Virus record (IMG/VR): IMGVR_UViG_3300013104_000019
Location: 1 to 23,473 of that record
Length of the DNA: 23,473 bases
From: a virus
Lineage: Duplodnaviria; Heunggongvirae; Uroviricota; Caudoviricetes
Strand: one strand, 5' to 3'
Below the pieces are notes generated by a model. It searched no databases. It was not told the DNA's origin and worked only from the letters and a program-made list of their open reading frames with translations. Below, piece after piece: positions 17,699 to 23,473 of this stretch (within the stretch, counting starts at the first letter, position 1; each line of letters opens with the position of its first letter). The position numbers and the translations under genes were made by a program.

Positions 17699-18166
17699 AT
17701 GCAGATGAACCTACCATACCCCTATTTGGGGTTGAGCGCGCAGAGGTTGACTGACTGGATCAATTCTGACAACAGTACGAGTTATCAGTTGGGGGTGGAC
17801 TTCACGTTCAGTGGTCCGGCTCTTTACACTGATAGCCTGGGGCGAAACACCAAGGTAACGATGCAGCCGGCGGATTCGACGAAGTACGCTTCGACCGACA
17901 TTCACTACTGGAGACTGCCGCTGACGATTCTGAACAACTTGCCGCAAGGCAATGTCAACCCGGTTCCGATTCCTCAGTTGCCGTTTTCCATCCATGGAAT
18001 TCTGGATGCGATCAACACCGCACTGGGATTGAACCTGACGCCCGACGAAGTACCGGACCAGACGTTCACCACCGAGCTTGCTTCCTATCCGTTGCACATC
18101 AACGATGCCGTGAGTCTTGCTTGGATTGATTCGGACTTTCAATTCCAGCCGCAGTTCATGTTTTAA
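17699..18166 (+). CDS. Adaptor-only virion protein (155 aa)
   Basis: Motifs LTDWINSDN, GRNTKV, YWRLPL, INTALGLNLTPDEV and SLAW. Followed by a terminator-like hairpin. Confidence 0.75.
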   Translation: MQMNLPYPYLGLSAQRLTDWINSDNSTSYQLGVDFTFSGPALYTDSLGRNTKVTMQPADSTKYASTDIHYWRLPLTILNNLPQGNVNPVPIPQLPFSIHGILDAINTALGLNLTPDEVPDQTFTTELASYPLHINDAVSLAWIDSDFQFQPQFMF

Positions 18167-18176
18167 AGGTTGCGTG

Positions 18177-18202
18177 AGCCTAGGGGAAACCCCCTAGGCT
18201 TT
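18177..18202 (+). terminator. Terminator-like hairpin closing the structural array
   Basis: Perfect 10-bp stem AGCCTAGGGG-aaac-CCCCTAGGCT. The T-run is short (TTT, then ATGCC). Confidence 0.65.
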
Positions 18203-18243
18203 ATGCCCGAAAAGTGAGAATTTACGTAGAGCATCGATAATGT

Positions 18244-18301
18244 AGATTCTAGAATCTTTCAGTTACATATAACCTCATCGAGTTGGTAAGCCTATCAACT
18301 C
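18244..18301 (+). promoter_or_regulatory. Putative early promoter region: 14-bp palindrome, ACATATAAC motif and 5' hairpin
   Basis: AGATTCTAGAATCT (18244-18257), TTACATATAACC (18263-18274) and hairpin GAGTTGGTA/TATCAACTC (18280-18301) in an AT-rich gap. Confidence 0.45.
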
Positions 18302-18338
18302 TTTCTCCATTTACATTCGAACAAACTAGGAGCTAATC

Positions 18339-18512
18339 ATGGTTGACTACGCAAACAACAATTATTCCGCAGGCAAGAAAACCTTCAAGGCAAAGGCATT
18401 GCGCTTCATTGGCGTGACGCTTATCTTCGCACTGCTGGGTGGCACGATCGTCGCGGCTGACCACGTCGGCCACTACCTGCAAACGCACCGCACCGGTTAC
18501 ACGGGCAACTGA
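18339..18512 (+). CDS. Small single-pass membrane protein (57 aa), not in the ORF track
   Basis: AGGAG RBS at 18328-18332. Translation MVDYANNNYSAGKKTFKAKALRFIGVTLIFALLGGTIVAADHVGHYLQTHRTGYTGN*. Confidence 0.75.
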   Translation: MVDYANNNYSAGKKTFKAKALRFIGVTLIFALLGGTIVAADHVGHYLQTHRTGYTGN

Positions 18513-18522
18513 GGAATCGGCG

Positions 18523-18903
18523 ATGGAACAACAGAAACAAGACTGGATGTCGTTTCTTGCAGACTTCGTTGATCTCGTCAAAATCTTGAACCGTAAGTTT
18601 GGCGACAACGAAATCACTGAACAAGAAATACTCGATTCAGTCGGAGAGAAGTTCGTCGATGCGCACAACTACGCGCAAGTGTCAGAGCTTCATCCGAAGA
18701 TGGTTCATGCTTGGTCGCAATTGCAGGAATCGATCCAGAAGATCAAACTCATTCGCGCCAAGAAGATGACGCAGCGCCAGCGTTATCTGTACCACATGCG
18801 GGAACTCTTCCAAGACCCCGCCAAAGTCTGGGATACCAGCATTCCGTGGTCAACGCGCTGGTGGTACAACCACTGCGTGGAGTTGCAAAGCAGGCCGCAT
18901 TAA
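18523..18903 (+). CDS. Hypothetical protein (126 aa, helical-looking)
   Basis: GAGG RBS overlapping the previous stop; start MEQQKQDW. No recognised motif. Confidence 0.7.
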   Translation: MEQQKQDWMSFLADFVDLVKILNRKFGDNEITEQEILDSVGEKFVDAHNYAQVSELHPKMVHAWSQLQESIQKIKLIRAKKMTQRQRYLYHMRELFQDPAKVWDTSIPWSTRWWYNHCVELQSRPH

Positions 18904-18935
18904 ACAGTATCCAACATTCGAATAACGAGGAATTC

Positions 18936-19145
18936 ATGAGAATCAAAGAAATGGTCGTGATCGATAACGACACGCGAGAAGTTTTCGTCGATGGTATCAA
19001 GTGGCAGCCGTCGCCGGAGTCGTACATGCATCTGGCTCGCTTCGGGACGGGTCCGTATAGCGAACGCCCCATTGAGCCGCAACGCATTCATCCCGGCATC
19101 GCCATGTACCGCACGGTTTCCAACATGGGGGTGCGTCGTGCTTAA
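18936..19145 (+). CDS. Hypothetical protein (69 aa)
   Basis: GAGG RBS at 18927-18930; start MRIKEMVVID. Confidence 0.65.
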   Translation: MRIKEMVVIDNDTREVFVDGIKWQPSPESYMHLARFGTGPYSERPIEPQRIHPGIAMYRTVSNMGVRRA

Positions 19146-19407
19146 GATCTTCATCCTCTTCGGCCTGTTCGCATGGTACAAGAGCAGCTGGATGATCGCG
19201 CGCTACCTTACGCGCCGGGTGATGTTCAAACACGTAATTCGTGCAGACATGGCTGTTGCGTTTGCACAGATGACCGGAAGGAGAGAATTCATCGTCCAGA
19301 ATCAGAGGAATCTCATTCTGCCGATCATCGCAAGTTGGTTGTTGTTCATCGCGCTCCTGTATCTGGGAGCGGCATTTACAGTCCAGTATCTTGGGCTGAC
19401 GTTGTAA
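19138..19407 (+). CDS. Small membrane protein with two hydrophobic segments (89 aa)
   Basis: GTG at 19138 after a GGGGG run, overlapping the previous gene. Hydrophobic segments LKIFILFGLFAW and LILPIIASWLLFIALLYLGAAFTV. Confidence 0.6.
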   Translation: MLKIFILFGLFAWYKSSWMIARYLTRRVMFKHVIRADMAVAFAQMTGRREFIVQNQRNLILPIIASWLLFIALLYLGAAFTVQYLGLTL

Positions 19408-19525
19408 GAAAGGCGTCGACACCTATAAGTCCTACAAGTCACACGCCTTCACGGGGCTCGACCATGCGAGACAGTCGGGCTAATCACTCTTAAAAAAAGA
19501 AGAATTGTGAAGTTTGGGAGCTATC

Positions 19526-19840
19526 ATGCGAAGCTTATATCGCAGACACATTAAAATCTCGCTCTTGGAAGCGAGTCAAGCTGAAAGGGCCCATGGTTGG
19601 GCCAGCACGGAAGACGGAACGGGTACCGAAGTTCGCCACTACTTTGTGTGCGACCAAGAACGCTTTCTCCATCACCTGAAACAACCGGGGATTGCATCCT
19701 TGCGCTTGCAGCTTGAAAAGCTCGGCGTCCATCCGAAAAGCATCACGATCAAGCGGGCCTACAACACGCTCACGTACAAGAACCTGTCGTATCGGCGGGA
19801 GCGCGCTGTGAATCAATACGAAATGCCGGTCGCAGCCTGA
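19526..19840 (+). CDS. Hypothetical basic protein (104 aa)
   Basis: GGGAG RBS at 19516-19520; ATG at 19526. Confidence 0.6.
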   Translation: MRSLYRRHIKISLLEASQAERAHGWASTEDGTGTEVRHYFVCDQERFLHHLKQPGIASLRLQLEKLGVHPKSITIKRAYNTLTYKNLSYRRERAVNQYEMPVAA

Positions 19841-19940
19841 TCGCCGGAGGAGCCGTGGAAACGGGGGTAAGCGGTTCCTCTTCTCTGTCCCCCGGAAGTA
19901 CCTTAAACATTTTTCGCTCAATCATCTTTGGAGATAACAA

Positions 19941-20873
19941 ATGAGCATCAAAGAAACCATCCTGAACGTTCTCGGCGCTAACCCCAAGAACAGCTTCAAC
20001 GAAGTCGAAGTAAAGTTCTACAAGGACTGCAATCGTGACGGCCAACACGGCATGGTGATCGTCTCGCACCGCGTGAAACGTCTAGACCACGTCGCTGTCC
20101 CGTTCCTCTTCCCTGGCCTGACCGAACCGCCGGCGCTCACCGCTCGTGTCCTCGCAGACATCGAGTCGGCTGGCGCGTCGCAAGGTTATGTCGTCCACTG
20201 CCTGCTGCCTGAAACGTACGGTCCGAACCTGGCCGAGGGTGACGATCTGTCCAGCGATCACGATTCGTCGAACCGTCGGCAGATGTTCAGCGATCGCCTC
20301 GCGAATCCGGTACGCGTGCCGGCCGTTCAGCGCGAACAAGGCATGATGTTCGCTGGTGTGCTGCCGAGCGATGTCGATACGTTCCTCAAGCACTACTTCG
20401 CAGCGGACGTCAAGCGACAAGCTGTGCAACTCGCGCTGAACGGCAAGCAAGCCGCTGACCTGCGTGAGCGACTCGGCGAGCGCGTAGCGCAAGCATTCAC
20501 GCGCAGCGAGAAAGTCGGCATGATCTACATCACACTGGATCGCATGCTCGATCAGTTCTGCAAGGAGATCAATCTGATGGTCCTCTCGCCGAATGTAGAC
20601 GAGCGGCCGAGCGGGTTGCCGTTGCCGTTGTCGAAGCTGAAGGAAGGCAGCACGCTGGAGCAGATCCAATCGGCATCGGATCTCGTCGATATGCTCTTCC
20701 CGCACGAAGAGTACGACACGCTCACGCAGATCCAGAAGGATGAAATCCAGTCGCGTGTACTGATGTCGGTGAACAACGACACGGCTCGCAAGCTGCCGTC
20801 GTCGGTCGTACAAGCCAACGTCGAGCAGATCATCACTGCGTTCCGCGAAATCAACGTCGTGTCGAAGTCGTAA
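19941..20873 (+). CDS. Hypothetical protein (310 aa)
   Basis: GGAG RBS, long ORF with strong C/G third-position bias and its own terminator. No recognised motif. Confidence 0.8.
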   Translation: MSIKETILNVLGANPKNSFNEVEVKFYKDCNRDGQHGMVIVSHRVKRLDHVAVPFLFPGLTEPPALTARVLADIESAGASQGYVVHCLLPETYGPNLAEGDDLSSDHDSSNRRQMFSDRLANPVRVPAVQREQGMMFAGVLPSDVDTFLKHYFAADVKRQAVQLALNGKQAADLRERLGERVAQAFTRSEKVGMIYITLDRMLDQFCKEINLMVLSPNVDERPSGLPLPLSKLKEGSTLEQIQSASDLVDMLFPHEEYDTLTQIQKDEIQSRVLMSVNNDTARKLPSSVVQANVEQIITAFREINVVSKS

Positions 20874-20879
20874 GGCAGC

Positions 20880-20902
20880 GAGGAGACTTCGGTCTCCTCT
20901 TT
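20880..20902 (+). terminator. Intrinsic terminator with UUCG tetraloop
   Basis: GAGGAGAC-ttcg-GTCTCCTC followed by TTT. Confidence 0.75.
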
Positions 20903-20939
20903 CCCAACACATTCGAAGAAATTACAGAGGGAGTCAATC

Positions 20940-21233
20940 ATGTTGGAACTGTTCGGTCTTGCCGATCACAGCGTACAAGTCGGCATCAGCAATCTCGCTC
21001 TTCAGTCGCACCACGGTACTGCTACCACCACGCAAGGTCGCTTTCCTTTCGTCGTGGATCGTCCGGGTAAGTTGAAGCGCCCGCGCACCAGCACGGTCGA
21101 GAGCATCTTCAAGCAGTTCGAGAAGCTCGGCGCACCTGCAACGGAAGTGGAAGTTTCAGTTGGTAATCGTCGGCGCGTCTATCGCATCGAGAATGGCCAA
21201 CCGAAGCTGATCACGCAATCGTTTTCCGCCTAG
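20940..21233 (+). CDS. Hypothetical protein (97 aa)
   Basis: GGGAG RBS; ORF lies between two terminators. Confidence 0.7.
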   Translation: MLELFGLADHSVQVGISNLALQSHHGTATTTQGRFPFVVDRPGKLKRPRTSTVESIFKQFEKLGAPATEVEVSVGNRRRVYRIENGQPKLITQSFSA

Positions 21234-21263
21234 AGTGCTGTTCCCGTAGACTGGGCGGGTTTT

Positions 21264-21302
21264 AAGAGGGTGCGTCTGTCCACGCGCACCCTCTTTTTTT
21301 TT
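21264..21302 (+). terminator. Intrinsic terminator
   Basis: AAGAGGGTGCG/CGCACCCTCTT stem running into a 9-T tract. Confidence 0.85.
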
Positions 21303-21319
21303 GTCTTCGATGATAAAAC

Positions 21320-21772
21320 ATGGATAAGAAAACTGGCATCATCGTGCAATGCCTCTTCGGAGTGGAAGTCGTCAATGAGTTCCGCAAAGCGTACAAGGAG
21401 ACCAAAGAAGTCCAGACATTAACGGACTCTTCCATGCGCTCGATGTTGTATCATGGGGATGCGATTCCGCACATCGAGTATGGAAATCTCTTCGTGGTGA
21501 AAGTGGGTCGTCCTGTACACATCCTCGGTATGTCGACTCGCTTTGGTCCGGTCATCATGCGCGTGACGCATCGGCGGGAAGTCGAGATCTTGATGAATCG
21601 TGCAGTGGGTCATTACTACCACAAGAAGCTGCACGAGATTGGCATGCATACGTCGAACATCTATAACGAGATGACGAAGTTCATGGGGTTGAATTCCGAT
21701 AAAAGAAAATATCCTGGCGATAAACCTATGGTGAATTTGGGCCAGATGATCGAACGTGAATCGATCCATTGA
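21320..21772 (+). CDS. Hypothetical protein (150 aa)
   Basis: Fills the gap between the terminator and tmk. RBS is weak; no recognised motif. Confidence 0.6.
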   Translation: MDKKTGIIVQCLFGVEVVNEFRKAYKETKEVQTLTDSSMRSMLYHGDAIPHIEYGNLFVVKVGRPVHILGMSTRFGPVIMRVTHRREVEILMNRAVGHYYHKKLHEIGMHTSNIYNEMTKFMGLNSDKRKYPGDKPMVNLGQMIERESIH

Positions 21773-21784
21773 AACAGAAATCGA

Positions 21785-21795
21785 ACATATATCAC
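21785..21795 (+). promoter_or_regulatory. Putative early promoter motif ACATATATCAC
   Basis: Resembles ACATATAACC at 18265-18274; both lie in intergenic DNA upstream of non-structural genes. Confidence 0.4.
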
Positions 21796-21849
21796 TGACG
21801 TAGGCTAGTGTTAGCCACGACAATTTTTTCGTACTTGGAAGAAAGAAGA

Positions 21850-22500
21850 ATGGAAAAGAAAGGGGTTTTCATTTCGATGGAAGGACCGGATGGTTCGGGC
21901 AAAACTACGAACGTGGGTTTCCTGCGCGAGTGTTTGCAAGAACACGGTTTTCAAGTCGTGACAACGCGCGAGCCTGGCGGCTCTCCAATCGCAGAACAAC
22001 TGCGCCAGATTATCCTCACGCAGTACATGGAGTCGGATGCAGAATTGCTGCTCTTCGCGGCAGCGCGGGCAGACCACATCAGCAAGACGATCAAACCGGC
22101 ACTGGCCGGTGGCTATGTCGTTCTCACTGATCGCTTCTGCGACTCGACCGTCGCCTATCAGGGGTATGGGCGCGGGTTGTTGGAGAAGGTACGTGAACTG
22201 GAGCAATTCGTTCACGCGGGGTTCTATCCCGACCACACGCTCTTTTTCGACATCCCTTTCGAAGAGTGCATCAGCCGGCTCTCGAAACGAGTCGACAAGC
22301 AAGATCGCATCGACCAAGAAGCGGTCGAATTCAAGCGTCGCGTTTGGTTCGGCTACCAGCGGCAATTCAACGATAACCAACATCGCATGGTCCGGATCAA
22401 TGCGTTGGAGGATCTGTCGGATGTACAGCGGCAGATCCAAAACTGGGTGCATGAGGAGTTCGCTCCGAAGCATCGTCACTTGCAACATTATCCGAGATGA
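21850..22500 (+). CDS. tmk: Thymidylate kinase (dTMP kinase, 216 aa)
   Basis: P-loop EGPDGSGKTT, TREPGG, LLFAAARADH, VLTDRFCDSTVAYQG and LID-like RIDQE. ATG at 21850. Confidence 0.95.
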   Translation: MEKKGVFISMEGPDGSGKTTNVGFLRECLQEHGFQVVTTREPGGSPIAEQLRQIILTQYMESDAELLLFAAARADHISKTIKPALAGGYVVLTDRFCDSTVAYQGYGRGLLEKVRELEQFVHAGFYPDHTLFFDIPFEECISRLSKRVDKQDRIDQEAVEFKRRVWFGYQRQFNDNQHRMVRINALEDLSDVQRQIQNWVHEEFAPKHRHLQHYPR

Positions 22501-22673
22501 TTCACTATTTGTTTCGCACTCCAGATGGCGTCATGCTTTTGATCGTCATCTGTTCTGTCGTCGGTTTCTTTATCGGTCGTACTCATCGACGTTACAAGAA
22601 GAGTCTTAAACATCGGACTCCTCATCGTAAGCTCGATGGTTTTCATCCAGCGGACAAGAAGAAAGATTTCTAA
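22497..22673 (+). CDS. Small single-pass membrane protein with a basic tail (58 aa), not in the ORF track
   Basis: ATGA overlap with the tmk stop. Translation MIHYLFRTPDGVMLLIVICSVVGFFIGRTHRRYKKSLKHRTPHRKLDGFHPADKKKDF*. Confidence 0.65.
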   Translation: MIHYLFRTPDGVMLLIVICSVVGFFIGRTHRRYKKSLKHRTPHRKLDGFHPADKKKDF

Positions 22674-22799
22674 TTCGCTGGAAGATATTTGCGGTTTCCA
22701 TCGTACTTTATACGCCTCCTCTCCATCATGCGAAGCAGTATAGGCCAATTGAACTTGATTGACACAGGCAGCAGTGAGCGTAAGTCCTAGGAGATAATC

Positions 22800-23090
22800 G
22801 TGAGTATCACATCGCAGGAGCAACTCGCTCAACGCCTCGCCAGCGAATTGGCTCCACTTCGTCAGCTGAAACAAAGCGAGGACATGGAAGACTTCTATCA
22901 AGCAGTCGACTGGGTTCGTGGCAATTGTGCCTTTACGTCTGAAGGCGATGTGGTCTTTCATGGCGGCACGCAAGAAAGCATCCCGGTTCGTTGTCCGAAC
23001 CTCTCCAAACGCGATCCGTTGTATCGACTGCTCAAGGCAGAGGCGGAGCGCAACAACACGCACCTCAACCCGGCAGTCACCACTGCCTAA
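22800..23090 (+). CDS. Hypothetical protein (96 aa)
   Basis: AGGAG RBS at 22789-22793; GTG start. Confidence 0.7.
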   Translation: MSITSQEQLAQRLASELAPLRQLKQSEDMEDFYQAVDWVRGNCAFTSEGDVVFHGGTQESIPVRCPNLSKRDPLYRLLKAEAERNNTHLNPAVTTA

Positions 23091-23101
23091 GGAAAAGAAA
23101 G

Positions 23102-23473
23102 ATGGCTGACAAGAAGAAATACCCCGGCTGGATTCTGGCAATCGATGCCGACTACTGCAAGCGCTTCTTCCAACAGGGCTTCAACGCCATGTCGCTGTCG
23201 CGCTTCATCGACGGCCTGCCGGCCAAGCGCATCGATCCGAAGACGAACCAGTCGATCTTCTACACCGACGATCTGGCGTCGCGCGTCTTGATGCGCGAGC
23301 GGCACCGGCTGGAGTTCGACAAGAACTGCCTCCAGCCGCTGAACTACATGGTGCTCAAGCAGAGTCAACCGGTCGGGTTCGCCAATCGGGAAGGCGGCTT
23401 CTGTGCGGTCAAGCGCGAGGACTTCTTTTCGACGTACTACCGCAACAAGGGTGTCGGCGAAGACCGGCTGGCA
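23102..23473 (+). CDS. 5' part (124 codons, truncated by the window end) of a probable YmaB/COG4112-like Nudix hydrolase
   Basis: ATG at 23102 after AGGA. ILAID..QGF, R..LEFDKNCLQPLNYMVL and YYRNKGVGEDRL match, from memory, the family pattern R..AE.D..KQ.IPY.V and Y.R..G.GE.RL. The Nudix box itself lies beyond the window. Confidence 0.6.
   Translation, partial: MADKKKYPGWILAIDADYCKRFFQQGFNAMSLSRFIDGLPAKRIDPKTNQSIFYTDDLASRVLMRERHRLEFDKNCLQPLNYMVLKQSQPVGFANREGGFCAVKREDFFSTYYRNKGVGEDRLA

Noticed and set aside
115-18166. Invertible tail-fibre shufflon
   Set aside because: All paralogs are co-oriented, have their own starts and RBSs, and show no inverted crossover sites. No recombinase is present in the window.
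17699-18166. Pseudogene status for the headless adaptor genes
   Set aside because: The frames are intact, they stop at domain boundaries and are followed by normal intergenic signals, with no remnant head sequence downstream.
19408-19525. tRNA or CRISPR array in intergenic gaps
   Set aside because: No cloverleaf or T-loop GTTCG motif, and no regularly spaced direct repeats anywhere in the window.
19845-19895. Terminator after 19840
   Set aside because: An imperfect GAGGAGCCG/CGGTTCCTC pairing exists, but with a large loop and no clear U-tract.
22759-22786. Host sigma70 promoter before 22800
   Set aside because: TTGACA is perfect, but the best -10 (TAAGTC at 16-nt spacing) is poor, so the support is insufficient.
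253-23368. The many minus-strand and alternate-frame ORFs in the track (e.g. 14196..14915, 20082..20912, 22488..23141)
   Set aside because: They overlap well-supported + strand genes, lack RBSs and have Arg/His-rich shadow composition typical of GC-biased antisense frames.

Overview
This window looks like part of a lytic jumbo phage genome, most consistent with the phiKZ-like (Chimalliviridae) group. That assignment is inferred from gene style, paralog families and promoter-like motifs; no hallmark gene such as capsid, terminase, RNAP or chimallin is in view. All credible genes lie on the + strand. Positions 1-18166 are an uninterrupted array of 19 paralogous, probably virion tail-fibre or receptor-binding genes built from a few reused modules: (i) an adaptor domain of about 150 aa with a Y-x-R-x-x-L motif plus a hinge strand, (ii) a head domain ending in H/Q-Y-N, (iii) a two-domain concanavalin-A-like protein, and (iv) a LamG-like cassette of about 200 aa. 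The modules occur fused, split into separate genes, headless, or with the LamG cassette present or absent at one insertion site and in two circularly permuted forms. Two duplicated gene blocks each begin with a homologous 17-bp RNA hairpin that shows compensatory base changes. Positions 18167-23473 are an early/middle-type region with small hypothetical and membrane proteins (two missed by the ORF track), intrinsic terminators, thymidylate kinase, and the truncated 5' part of a YmaB/COG4112-like Nudix hydrolase. No recombinase, reverse transcriptase, CRISPR array, tRNA or mobile element was seen. All alignments were done by eye.
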